42,038 nucleotides of DNA from Chrysochromulina tobinii (Eukaryota). A program made the position numbers and the translations under genes. Below the pieces are notes generated by a model, which worked only from the letters and a program-made list of their open reading frames with translations, was not told the DNA's origin and did no database searches. The DNA lies in assembly GCA_001275005.1 (NCBI GenBank), contig JWZX01002188.1, positions 1 through 42,038 of the forward strand. Reading direction: 5' to 3'. Positions 20,104 to 31,855 of this stretch are shown here, in pieces (within the stretch, counting starts at the first letter, position 1; each line of letters starts with the position of its first letter).

Positions 20104-23073
20104 ATGGCTGCAAGCCTGGGGCGCGTGCTGGCAGCCGCTTGCCTCCTGACGGCAGCCAACGGACAGGCGATTGGTCAACCGAGCCCACCTTCGTGGCCCG
20201 AAGTATCTTCGGGCGATTCATCGTCGGGCGACGCATCTTCAGGTGACGCATCTTCGGGCGACGCCTCAGGAGACGCATCATCTGGTGACATGTTTTGGAC
20301 TGATCCATCCCCATCACCGTCACCCGGCACATCCGCATCGCCATCACCCGATCCATCGCCACATTCACCTCTGCCGCCGACAGTGCCGCCACCGCCCTCG
20401 CCGCCGCCGCCTTCGCCCTCACCACCTCCTCCCGCCCAACCACCGCCTCCACCGCCACCGCCCTCGCCGCCGCCGCCTTCGCCCTCACCACCTCCTCCCG
20501 CCCAACCACCGCCTCCACCGCCACCACCCTCGCCGCCACCGCCCTCGCCCTCACCACCTCCTCCCGCCCCACCGCCGCCTCCACCGCCGCCGCCTTTTCC
20601 GCCAAGGCTGCCGCCGCCGTCGCCGCCGCCGCCCCGATCCCCGCCTGGCGGCTGCACCGACTCCCGCGCGCTCAACTACCGCGTCTTCGCCGTGGTGGAT
20701 GATGGCACCTGCGTGGGCATCGGTGGCTGCACGGACTCACGCATGGATGCATATGAGCCCGCGGCCACGCACGAGGACGGCTCGTGCCCACCTATCATTC
20801 TAGGCTGTGCGCACTCCACCGCAGAGAACTATCGCTCGCTAGTGACCATCGACGACGGGACCTGCCAGTACACCGGCTGCCTTGACTCCCGCGCTCTCAA
20901 CTTCAACCCGTCGGCCACGTCGAACGCGCCGTGCACGTACCCGGTGCCTGGCTGCATGAACTCCGAAGCCGACAGCTACCACCCAGGCGCCAATGTGCAC
21001 GTGGCTAGCCAGTGCACGTACCTGGGCTGCACCGACGGTCAGGCGCTCAACTTCGAACCAAACGCCACCACGAACGATGGCTCGTGCACGGCGGTTTTCG
21101 CGGGCTGCACGAACCCAAGCGCGTCCAATTACGCAAACGTCGGGTACAACCGTGATTGCGGCTGCTGCCGCTTGCCAGGCTGCGCCGACTCGGCGTCGCC
21201 CAACTACAATGCGAACGCCGCCTTTCACGTCGCCAGCATGTGCGCTGCCGGACGTCGGCAGCTGCATGCATCGGGTAACGCGAGCTGCCTGGACCCGGGA
21301 TCGCTCAACTACGACAGTTTGGGCGCAACCCACATGAATGCGGTCTGCTCGTTCCCTATCTTTGGCTGCACCGAGTCGACGAACCTATACTATGTCGCGG
21401 GCGCCAACACGCACAACCAGTCCATGTGCGCGCCGCCGACCATCTACGGCTGCCTCGCGCCGACGGCGCTCAACTACCAGATGAACGCGACCATCCAACG
21501 CGAGGGCGATTGCGTGTACGCCTTCCCCGGCTGCATGGACCCGACGGCTTACAACTACGGCAGCGAGGCCAATGTGCCCAACGGGCTCTGCACGTACCCT
21601 GTGCTCGGATGCACGATCCCGATCGCGGCCAACTACAATGCATCGGCCACCGCGAGCGATGGCTCGTGCACTTTCCACGTGGTGGGCTGCACGAACACCA
21701 CGGCGCGAAACTACGTGCAGGACGCAACGGTGTCCAGCGAGCAGGCGGTCTCGCTCTCGATGACCCAATTCACGTTGGCGCAGTTGCAGACGGCAGTCTG
21801 CGTCTACGACACGCCTGGGTGCACCGCGCCCGCGGCGGTCAATTACAACTCTCTCGCTACGCTCGACGACGGCTCATGCTTCATGTATTCGCCGCCACCC
21901 TACCCGCCACCGCCCAAAGCACCGCCGTCGCCGCCCCTGTACCCGCCGAATGCGCCGCCTCCGCCGCCCCCTAAGCCACCCTCGCTGCCGCCGTCTCCGC
22001 CTTCTCCAAAGGCACCGCCGCCGCCTCCAACAAGGCCAACCTCGCCGCCACCGAGGCCATCCTCGCCACCACCGACTCCGCCCTCGATGCCTCCGTCGCT
22101 GCGGCCGCCGCCGCCATCTGCGCAGCCGATCGCCGCCTCCGTCACGATGGCGGTCGTCGTGGCCAGCAGCGTGTCCAACTTCACGTCGACGATCCGTATC
22201 GAGCTGCGCACCGCCGTCGCGACAGAGTCGAGCGTGGCCGTGAGTGCTGTCACGCTCGAGGTGACACCCTTGGTCAATGGTGCGGCGAGCGGGCGCCGGA
22301 AGCTTCAAAGCAGCACAGTCGAGCTTACCTTCACGATAGCCGTCACGTCGGCGGCGGCGGCGGCGACGACAGTCGACGCGCTCGCAAGGCGCCTTGCGAA
22401 CGCGACGACGGCAAGTGCGTTCCTTACGACTAGCTCCTACACGGCCACCGTCATCACGATCGCCAGAGTGCCCACCGCGGCCTACCCGCCGCCACCACCG
22501 CTCGCAGGTCGGTGCCTGGAGACGTGCACCCTCTCGGTTCACTACGCCTCGGATGGCGTCTGCGACGATGGCGGCCCCGGAGCCGAGTTTTCTGGCTGTT
22601 CTCTCGGCATGGACTGCACGGACTGCGGCGTTCGGGTGATATTCAGTTCTCCGCCTCAGGCGGACCCGAACGACGGGAGTAGCGCCAGCCTGATGGACCG
22701 TTTCGGTACCATCATCGGGGCGGCCGTCGGCGGAATTGCTGCGCTCGTCATCATACTCTTCGTGCTGGGCGTCACCTGCCGGGCGAGATGTCAAGGGAGC
22801 GAGGATAACGACGCCACCCTCTCGCAAGCACAATGGATGAAAGATGCAGAAGTGCAGCTCAAAGTGCACAAAATCTCTGCTCTGCCAGCTGGTCCTTCTC
22901 CGCAGAAAGAGTCACCTCCATCACGGCCAGCTCGACCTCCTCCGATACATCCTCCACCTACTCGCACAGGCGGAGGCGCTGACTTTGATCCTGAGCTGGT
23001 TCAGGACCAGCGACTGGTACCTGCGATAAACATAATCTCAGAGAATGGACCGCGGAGATTGGTGTTTTTGTGA
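20104..23073 (+). CDS. Type I membrane surface protein with Pro-rich stalks and ~15 Cys repeats (GCxxxxAxNY...DGSC)
   Basis: Signal peptide MAASLGRVLAAACLLTAANG; SP/PPP tracts; repeats at ~20650-21880; Cys module CDDGGPG..C..G.DCTDCG; TM IIGAAVGGIAALVIILFVLGV. Confidence 0.85.
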   Translation: MAASLGRVLAAACLLTAANGQAIGQPSPPSWPEVSSGDSSSGDASSGDASSGDASGDASSGDMFWTDPSPSPSPGTSASPSPDPSPHSPLPPTVPPPPSPPPPSPSPPPPAQPPPPPPPPSPPPPSPSPPPPAQPPPPPPPPSPPPPSPSPPPPAPPPPPPPPPFPPRLPPPSPPPPRSPPGGCTDSRALNYRVFAVVDDGTCVGIGGCTDSRMDAYEPAATHEDGSCPPIILGCAHSTAENYRSLVTIDDGTCQYTGCLDSRALNFNPSATSNAPCTYPVPGCMNSEADSYHPGANVHVASQCTYLGCTDGQALNFEPNATTNDGSCTAVFAGCTNPSASNYANVGYNRDCGCCRLPGCADSASPNYNANAAFHVASMCAAGRRQLHASGNASCLDPGSLNYDSLGATHMNAVCSFPIFGCTESTNLYYVAGANTHNQSMCAPPTIYGCLAPTALNYQMNATIQREGDCVYAFPGCMDPTAYNYGSEANVPNGLCTYPVLGCTIPIAANYNASATASDGSCTFHVVGCTNTTARNYVQDATVSSEQAVSLSMTQFTLAQLQTAVCVYDTPGCTAPAAVNYNSLATLDDGSCFMYSPPPYPPPPKAPPSPPLYPPNAPPPPPPKPPSLPPSPPSPKAPPPPPTRPTSPPPRPSSPPPTPPSMPPSLRPPPPSAQPIAASVTMAVVVASSVSNFTSTIRIELRTAVATESSVAVSAVTLEVTPLVNGAASGRRKLQSSTVELTFTIAVTSAAAAATTVDALARRLANATTASAFLTTSSYTATVITIARVPTAAYPPPPPLAGRCLETCTLSVHYASDGVCDDGGPGAEFSGCSLGMDCTDCGVRVIFSSPPQADPNDGSSASLMDRFGTIIGAAVGGIAALVIILFVLGVTCRARCQGSEDNDATLSQAQWMKDAEVQLKVHKISALPAGPSPQKESPPSRPARPPPIHPPPTRTGGGADFDPELVQDQRLVPAINIISENGPRRLVFL

Positions 23074-23361
23074 GTTGCTCCCGGACCCGGTAGAGGGTCC
23101 GGCGCGTTCGCAGCCAATGGTGATAATTCGACACCCAAGACACCGGACCGGCGTATGCAGTGGACAGGGCGACTGGCCCTCTGCCGTTTCACACAGAGCG
23201 TCGGTATCGGTGTGAAAATGTAAAATCACAGCGCTGGGGAACCGTGACGAAACTGACAGCTGAATGTGAAGTCGTTCACCAGAGCGTTCAAAAGCCTCCA
23301 CGCTTGCTTGCCCTCGCAGCTGCCTCCGCGTCATCCTCACTCATAAGTTTGCTGGTCAAGC

Positions 23362-24726
23362 ATGGCTTTGAAGCATACATTTACAGTGGGCTCACCGCTG
23401 TCAACACCACGCACTCCGGAGCGGCGCCTACTCCTCACAGTGAGCTCACCGCGCGACAGCGGCGTGCGTCAGACAGTGCGAGGGGCGGCGAATGAACTGA
23501 TGGCCGCGCTGCGCAAGACGACGGCCATGGTCGACACGTCGACGCTGACTGTTGATGAGATGCTTCAGCTGGGCGCGCGTGCCATCCTCGGCTTGCACGA
23601 GGAGCTGGCTCAGCAGCGCATGGATGCTGAACAGCTACGCGAGGAGGTCAATGCGGCCTATCGAGCGTCAGCTGCCACTCAAGCTCGAGACGCCCTGTCT
23701 GCGCGCCATGCAGTCGAGGAGTCGGAGGCGCGCGCGGCTGCGGTACGAGAGGCGACCCAGGCCCGCGAGCGCGAAGCCCTGAGCACCGTGCAACAGTTGA
23801 GGCACGCGCTTGAGCGGAGCGAGCGGGATCAACAGGAGATGCTTCGAGCCGTCGATCGAACGGCCGCGCACGCACGGCTGATGGAGCAGAAGTTCGACAA
23901 GGCGCGCGCGGCCGCCGCACGCATCCTGAAGGCGCTCCCTCCGTCGGCGGCCGAGGCGGCGCGCGAGGCAGAGCAGCTCTCGAAGGTTGCTGCAGGTGAG
24001 CAGATGCATGAGCCGGAGGACGTTGACGTGATGCTCGCGCGCGCCCTCGAGAGGGCGATGCGCCTCGCGGAGAAGACCGTGGCGTCGACGGCCGAGGCGG
24101 CCATCCTTCGATCCGAGACGGAGGCCGAGCGCGCACGCTACGCGAGCGGCCGGCAGCGCGAGAAGCTGCTGGTCGAGCAGCTCCAGCTAGCTGACTCTGA
24201 GAGGCAGGCCCTGCGGCTCGAGTGCATCGAGGCACATGCGGCGCGGGAGGCGGCGGATCAGACAGCGGAGGAGGCAACGAGGCGCTTCCAGGAGATGCTG
24301 GTGATGCAGCGGAACGGCTCGCTTCCTCCGCGACCGCGCTCGCCGCTGCTGCGCCCCCCGAGCCCCCCGAGCTTGCGTGATGTGGGGACCTCGATTGGCT
24401 CAATGTCCTCTTCGCCGCGCTGGGGCGTCGCAGACGCGATCGCCTCCTTGAATGCGCCGCGGACGCCGGCATCGTCACCTCGGAGCTTTGCGGCCGGTGC
24501 CCCGCAGGCAGGCACCTCACTCTTGCTCCCGCAACCGATGCGCACGTCCCCTGGGGCAGGGCACGCTTCATCGACGTGTTCACAGCTCGTGCCGGCCACG
24601 CCCTTGTTCCTGACGGGCAGTACGCAGCTGCCTGGGACGGACGCGGCCGCGGACGCGCTGAGCACTCTCGAGCGGGCGGTGCTCGAGACGGCCAAGTTCA
24701 CAGCGCTGCTTGGGCGCGGCACATGA
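23362..24726 (+). CDS. Coiled-coil protein of unknown function
   Basis: 454-aa ORF with long Ala/Glu/Arg heptad-like helices and a Ser/Pro-rich tail. Confidence 0.7.
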   Translation: MALKHTFTVGSPLSTPRTPERRLLLTVSSPRDSGVRQTVRGAANELMAALRKTTAMVDTSTLTVDEMLQLGARAILGLHEELAQQRMDAEQLREEVNAAYRASAATQARDALSARHAVEESEARAAAVREATQAREREALSTVQQLRHALERSERDQQEMLRAVDRTAAHARLMEQKFDKARAAAARILKALPPSAAEAAREAEQLSKVAAGEQMHEPEDVDVMLARALERAMRLAEKTVASTAEAAILRSETEAERARYASGRQREKLLVEQLQLADSERQALRLECIEAHAAREAADQTAEEATRRFQEMLVMQRNGSLPPRPRSPLLRPPSPPSLRDVGTSIGSMSSSPRWGVADAIASLNAPRTPASSPRSFAAGAPQAGTSLLLPQPMRTSPGAGHASSTCSQLVPATPLFLTGSTQLPGTDAAADALSTLERAVLETAKFTALLGRGT

Positions 24727-25305
24727 TCCTAGGCACCGGGGCGCTGGTTCTTTCTGGCGCTGGCGTGCCGCCCCGAGATCGCCGAGGTGAGGCCCCAGAG
24801 ATCACCACTTGAATCCTTATTGCAGTTATTCACGCAGTCGATTCACGCAGTAGTACAGTTATGTACGTTATGTAGTTTGTAGCCCTAGTTGCGTGTAGCC
24901 TGTCGGGTCCGGGTTTTGGATGACGCGCCGAACGAATTGGAATTCGGTCTCGTCGTCGATCGCGCGCGGGTGAGCCTTTGACGTAGGGCCTTTTTCAGCC
25001 CGTGGCGAGTGGCGTGGATTCGAGTAGTTCAAATTCTATTAATATTCATCGCCGAGATCGCGTTACTTATTATACCGCCTACAGTTCTGAGTTCACGCCT
25101 ACACGGCCCCGAAGAGCCTGAACACGCATCTCGGTATACGATACGTAATCGCAAATCGGACACGTCCTCGGATTGAATATGTAAAGTACAGCTGTTGAGC
25201 TACAAGGAACAAGCTCTTCGCAAACTTCGATCGCAAACTTCGGCCGCAGGCGCGAAATCGCGGCCGTTACGTCGGCACCATTCACGGCCGTCCCGTCGGC
25301 ACCGT

Positions 25306-28300
25306 TCACTTCTTCCCGGCGATCGAGTACAGCATCTGCCACTCAGCCAGTTGCTCGGCCCTCTGGGCCTCCGAGAGCGGAACGAGCGATGGCGGCGAGC
25401 CGGCGCCCGGTCGGAGCGGCGGGGACACGGCAGGCGCGCGTGACGGCGGCGACACGGCAGCTGCACGCGGAGGCGGCCCGGGCGGGAGGGGCGGCCGTAC
25501 CCCCGAACGGATCTCTACGATCCCGGGAGGGCTCGGGTGGCGCTCTGCCTCCTCGGTGAGGAGTCGCTCGAGCGCCGCAGCCTTCTTGCGCAGCTCGCGC
25601 AGCTCGGAGATCTCCGGGGTGATTGCCATCTCGGGATCCGGGGTCGGCGCCCGCCCTCCGACCGTCACGTGTCTCAGAGCCGGCGGCAGCGGCGGCAGCG
25701 GCGGCGGCCGCGTAGGAAGCTGCTGTGGTGCCGGCGCCGCCGCCGCAGCGACATAGGCCCCCAACGGCCGATCGACAGGCTCGACGTGATCATGATTGCC
25801 AAACCAATTCGAGTCCTCGTACTGATCGTACGAGCCCGCGCCGCCACCGCCACCGTCATCGGCACCGCCATCGACATTGCCACCGCCATTGCCATCGCCT
25901 CCGCCGCCGCCTTGCCGCGGCTCAGACAACGCGCCGTACTCGGCATATCGCGCGTCGGAAGCTGGGGCCGACGGCGGCAGCGAGGACGGCGGCAGGCGCG
26001 CCTGGCGCGGGTCGCGGTGCGCGTCGCCTTGCACCACGCTCCGCCAGCGCTCGAGACGGCGCTCGTACTCGTCAGGACGATCGCCATAGGTGGCCACCGT
26101 CGGCACACTTGGAATCTCGTACCCACCCTCGGCGTAGTAACTGCCTTCGGGTTGGTAGTAACTGCCTTCGGGTTGGTAGCCCGCTCCCCCGCCGTACTGG
26201 TCGCCGTACTGGCCGCCGTACTGGTCGCCGTACTGGTCGCCGCTTTGGTCGCCGTAATCCTGGTCGCCGTACTGGTCGCCGTATTGCTGGTCGCCGTACT
26301 GGTCGCCGTATTGGTCGCCGTATTGGTCGCCGTATTGGTCACCGTACTGGTCGCCGTGCTGGCCACCGTACTGGCCGCCGTCCTGGTCCGCCTGGTCATC
26401 TTGGTCGAACTCGGTCGGCGCTTCCACAAGCGCCGTCACGGCGCTTGGGAGCTCGGGCGCGGGCGGAAGGAGCGGCTGCACGCTCGGCGCGACGCGCGTG
26501 GTGCTCGATCGCAGCATCACCGCAAGGCGCAGCGCCGCGAGCGTCGCCGGCAGCTCGGCGTCGCCCACGTTGCAGCAAGCAACCGCGGCCGTAGTGCACT
26601 CGCCGAGCAAGCACGGCGCGAGCAGCCGCGTGACTGGATGGCGACGGAAGGTGGGACCGAGGGCAGAGGGAGGCTCACCCCGCGCCTGCGACGCCAGCAG
26701 CGCCTCAGTACACTCCATGAGCGCTGCGTGCGCTGGACCGAGGAGCAGGCGGCCCGACTCCGCCGCCACGCCCGCACCGTGGCTGGGCAGAGGCGCGCCG
26801 CGGCCGGGGCTGGCGCCGCGGCGGGGGCTGCCTCGCCGTTGGGCGGAGGATGGAGGGGGGGCGCGGCTGGAGGTGCCCGGGACGGCGCCTCCAGATTCGG
26901 CCGCCACGTCGACGATGGTCAGGCACGGGTCGGTAGCACTCGGCGCGTCGCGTGAGCTGCGCTTGAGAGCCTTTGAGCGCAGGTACAGGGTGAAGAAGGC
27001 TGTGCCGGCCGACGCGTGCAGATTCGCCGGGCCCGCGAGGCGCGCACGTCGCCGGCTGCCGAGCGCGAGCAGTGCGAGCACTTGGTCGTGCCGCTCGACC
27101 ACGTGGCGGGACACTCCCTTGATGTGCGGGCCGGCGGCGGCGGTCTCGCGGATGCGCAACGGCGGCGGCGCCGCCCCGCGACCGCTCGCGCCGCCGGTGC
27201 GCCGCGCGCCGTGTTGGGCACGCCCGCCCGTGCGCGCCGTCGTGGGCGCATCCGCGGCGCGCAGCAGGTCGACGATCAGCTCCCCGCGCACTTCGTACCA
27301 CGTGACGCTGAGCTCCAGCGGCCCGGCCGCGCCGACCGACTCCCCGAGCGCCTCGAAAATCTCGCGCGAAGCTCGAGGCGCGGCGCCCCACGCATCGTCG
27401 CCGCGCTCGCCGCTGTACGCGAGCGCCTCGAGCGCCGCAGGGCTCCCGAAGGCGGTGTGCGACTTGCCCGCGGCCGATGGGCCGACGAAGAGGACCGCAC
27501 AGCGCCGGCCGGCGAGCAGTCGCGGCACGAGGTGCGCGACGCCGTAGCTGTACGCCACAGATTGCGTCGCGCCCTCCTCGAGTACTGCGTCGAGCTGATA
27601 CATCGCCGGGGCTGGCGCCGCGAACCGAGCCTGCCACCCGGATCGCGCCGTTCGCGCAGGTGAGCCGAGCGGAGCGACGGCCGAGCGGCGCGCGCTCGGG
27701 GTGCAGCCGCACGACGACCTGGATGGGCTGCGTCATCAGCGTGTGCGCGGCCGGCCGCGCGGGGGTGCTCAGCACGGCGCTCGAGATCGAGGCGAGATGG
27801 CCTTCGGTGAGGGATTCGGTCACGGCGACGGAGGCGGCGTCCATCCAAACCTCGACCGTCTCGGTGGCCGCGCTCGAGACGGCGCGAATCGAGCCCCCGA
27901 TCGAGCCGAGCGCCGTGCTGAGCATGGGCGCCAACAGGGAGCTCACAGAGCTCACGGCGTCACCCACGCCGGCCCCGACGCCCGCGACCATCCCGGCCCC
28001 GACGCCCGCGACGACGCCCGCGACCAGCGCGCCAGAGACTTCTCGCGAGCCGCCCCCGACGAGCGCCCGCGACGGCGCTGGGAAGGCCGCGAGGTGTGCT
28101 TGCACCTGCGCCTGCATCCGCGCTGCCGGCGAGTGCCTGCTGGCGGTCGCGGGAGAAGCGGTGGGAAGCACCCGGGGGCCCGACGTGGGAGCGGAGCTCA
28201 CGTGCGAAGGGCGCGGTGGCGGCGACGGCGGCGCGCGAGATGGTGGCTGCTGTGGTCGTGAGTGTGGCTGCTGCGGTCGTGAAGGCGGCGGCTGCGAGGG

Positions 28301-31300
28301 CGGCGGTCGTGAGGGCGGCGGCTGCGAGGGCGGCGGCTGCGAGGGCGGCGGCTGCGAGGGCGGCGCGAGTGCTACCCTCTCGGCGCCAACGGCTCCAACG
28401 GCTCCAAGACGCTCCGCACGGAGCTGCGCCAGTCGCGCCTCGGACTGTGCCAGTCGCGCCTCGGAAGGAGGTGGGCGCGAAAGAGGCGGACGTGAGGGCG
28501 GCGGCGGCTGCACGGCTATCGGCGGCTGCACGGCTGGCGGCGGCAAGGGCGAGCGTTGCAAGGGCGGCGACTGAACAAGCGTACTGTCCGAAGTCGACCT
28601 GTGGGAAATGGCGCCGTGGTGAGCACTGGCATGTGCAGGCGTCCGTGCGGCTGTCGAAATCGAGGGCGAGCGGCTGGCGGCGGTGCGCGCCGGCGAGGGC
28701 GAGCGCGGTCGTGGCGGCGAGGGCGTCCGTGATCGTGGCGGCGAGGGCGAGCGAGCGAGGGCCATCTCCATGATAGAGCGAGGTGGCGATGCGTGGAGGT
28801 GGACGGCAGCTGCGTCCGCGGCGCTCGCCTTCTCGATCGTCGAGGTCGCCTCGTGAGCGGGTCGAAAGCCGCCGCCGGGCACGAACCGTGCCAGGTGCAC
28901 GCTGCCACTGAACTCCGCGGCCGCTGCCTCTGCCGCCGCGGCCGCCGCCCTCGCGAGGGACGAGAAATCATCTGCCTCGAAGCTCGGAGATGCGGGCGAG
29001 CTCTTTCGAGATCGCGCCTCCTGCCTAATGAGGTCCACCTCGGCCTCGCTCACGTCCGCCTCTCTCGTGCCCGGCTGGCTCCAGAAGGCGTCGAGTAGAT
29101 CGTTCACACCCGTCCCCGTGTCCTGTGAACGACCTCCACGGCCCAAGTCCACCCTGTGAACGACCCTTGCCGCCGACGCGTGCTTGCTGTACGTGGCAGG
29201 CGAGCCGACGGAGCAGGCGGGCGTGTGGGGATCGGGGGAGGCGCCAATGTCCTCCATCTCCTCTTCGGGAGATGCGATCTCGACCTCGATCTCCTCTTCG
29301 GGAGATGCGATCTCGACCTCGATCTCGGGAGGGCGTGCCGAGGGCGGGAGGGAGGTCTGCACCGCGGCGCTCGTGACGGCGCTCGTGAGCCTCCGAGCCC
29401 GAGGCGGCGGTGAGGGCGGCAGCTCAATCGGCGGCGGGCACAGCCTCGAAGGTGGCGCGGCGCTCGTCCCATGGGCATCGGATCTCGCATCGGATCTCGC
29501 ATCGGATCTCGCATCGGATCTCGCATCGGATCTCGCGCGACTCCACGGCCACATCCAGCCGTTACCCTCCGCCGTCGGCACGGGCGCCGGCGCCGGCGCG
29601 GGCGCGGGCGCCGGCGCGGGCGCTGCAGGCCGGCCGTTGCCGGGCTTCGCTTGCGCCGTTTCGGGCGCGGATGGTGGAGCGTGTGTGGTCGTCGCCGTCG
29701 CCGGCGGCCCTCGCGTGGGGCTCAACCCGGCGCTCACGCTCCTCGGGAAGGCATGCGAGAGGACGGCCGCCGCGGCCATCGTCGCGGCCCTCGTGGCAAG
29801 GGGCGGAGGACTCCTACCAGCCCACAACGGAAAAGCGAGCAGCTCGATGAGGCAGTTCACGGCCGTTGGGGTCTCGTGCAGGGGTTGCAGGCTGCTCAGC
29901 GGGAGCACCGAGAGGACTAACCCCATCGCCTCGGCGAGCTTCTCGCTGCGGTGCCGTCGCCCGCCGTCGCGCCTCGCCGCCGCCTCCCCCGCCGCCTCGA
30001 CCGCCGACATCAGACGATGCGCTGCGTTGAGCACCGCCTGGCTGCGCATGAGAGGGATCACATCCGACCTCGCGGGAAGCCCGATCGTCGCTCGATCAGA
30101 CGACATGCGTGCCTCAAAGACCGACTGGGCGATGAGCAGATTCGCTGCCTCGCTCACGTCGGCCCGGTCCGCGGCGGCGGCGCTTCCGCCGCTCGGCCCG
30201 CCGAGGCCGAGACTGGCGAGAGCGCTCGAGGCCATCGAGCCAAGCTCGGCAAATGTCGCGACGATCGGGCTGATGGGCGCGGCGCTCGACACGGCGCTCG
30301 TCGGAGGGCGGCGCGAGGCGCCCTTGGAGGCGCTCGGGCGGCGCTCAACACGGCGCGACGCCGCCGCCGACGAGCCGTTCCGCTTCGCCGGCGAAGGCGA
30401 GCGCTGGCGCACTGGCGACTTGTGCGGCGACTTATGGAGCGCGGCCGTCTGGAGGGCGCGCATAGCAGGCGAGCCGCCCCAGGAGGTTGGTGTGTTGGTA
30501 CGCTGCATCCCAGCCGCGCGCGCGGGTCCGAGGCCCTTGGGGTTGCGCCACGTCGATGCTGCACTCGGAGCTTCAGTGAAGCTCGCCGCCTCCTCCTCCT
30601 CCTCCTCCCCTCTCCCGAGACCCAGCCAGCTGCCGATGTTGAAGCCACGCCCGCCAGCGCCCGCGCGCTCACCGCCAGCGCCGCGGGTGCGCCCAGCGCC
30701 GCGGCCCGCATGATACTGTGCGTCTCTCGCGTCTTCGGCTTCGTCAGCTTCGTCAGCTTCGTCGGCTTCGCCGTATTCCGTCGAGGCGACTGCGGCGGCG
30801 AGCGGAGGTGACCAGAGCCTCGGCGGCGGCAACGAGGCGAGCACTTGTGCCCTCGTCGGCGGCGACGACGAGGGCCCGGCGCGCTGACCCGCCTGCGAGG
30901 CCTGCGCGCCCTGCGCGCACTGCGCCAGCACCTCTCCGCGCTGCAGCTGCGGCAGTGGCGGCTGATAAGGGCGCGGCGCGAGCTGCTGCTGCTTCTCCAT
31001 CTCCATCTGCTCATACCGAGCCTCGAGCTCTGCAAGCCTCGCGAGCAGATCGCCACGCTGCCTTCCCGAGCTAGCGACAGCTGCTGCGGCGGCAGGCGGC
31101 TCGCGATACTCCCCGGGAAGTAGCACCTCTCTTGGCATGGGCAGCGGCGATGTCGGCTTCGACGGCGAGGTTGGAGCAGCGGCCAGAGAGGCGGAGCTGC
31201 CGCCACGGCGCTGTCGAGGCGGCGGCGACGGTGGCTCGCTGCCAGTGGGGCTCTCTCCGTAGCGAGGAGGACTTCTCCCCTTCGAGAGGACGATGACCTC

Positions 31301-31699
31301 GGGAGAAGCGGCCTCGGTCTCATCGTCGTCGTCATTCTCATCGTCGTAGGGCGAGGGCGGCAGCTCCACAGGTGGCGGCGGCGATTGATAACCCGCACTC
31401 TCCAAAGCACCGGCCACTGGCGTGTTTAGCTCAGGGGTGGCCGTTTCGGCAATCTCCGCGAGCGCCTTGCGCGTCTCCGGGCTCCAAGCGCCCATCCGGA
31501 TCTCTTCGGCGGCCGTCTTCCCCACCGACATGCTGCGGTAAAACGAAATGGGTGACATTCGAGTTGGAGACACTCGAGTGGGTGAACTCCGACTTTGTAG
31601 CGGAGACGTTCGAGTCGGAGAAACCCGAGTGGGTGGACTCCGACTTGGGGACGGCCGCAAATCGGACGGTCGCCCAATGGTACATGACGAGGAGTCCAT
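25306..31699 (-). CDS. Large low-complexity protein with a divergent kinesin motor-like domain; apparent 1-nt frameshift near 27610
   Basis: PIQVVVRLHP (end of the upstream frame) continues as YQLDAVLEEGATQ..Y, P-loop GPSAAGKSHT, LSVTWYEVRGELIVDLL, LRIRET, FRRHPVTRLLAPCLLG, TLAALRLA in the downstream frame. Confidence 0.7.
26190..26385 (-). repeat. 12-nt coding tandem repeat (GDQY)n
   Basis: Array of gccgtactggtc units on the + strand. Confidence 0.9.
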
Positions 31700-31855
31700 T
31701 TTGAGGCACGAGCGTGAGTTGGGCCGTTACGCCTCGTCTGTGACGCTATGGTGTCATCCGTGTGAACGTACACGTAAGGATACACGCGTCTGTCTCACGT
31801 CCCGATCGGCCGTATCGAACATGTAACAGATTGCGGCGTCGAGAACTTCTGGTCC

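Noticed and set aside
23081..23102. Hairpin CCGGACCC-ggtaga-GGGTCCGG after the stop codon as a terminator or Helitron end
   Set aside because: No U-tract, no downstream CTRR, and short GC stems are common at this composition.
26705..27600. C-terminal ~300 aa of ORF 26705-31699
   Set aside because: Arg-rich out-of-frame read-through; the kinesin motifs are in the overlapping frame.
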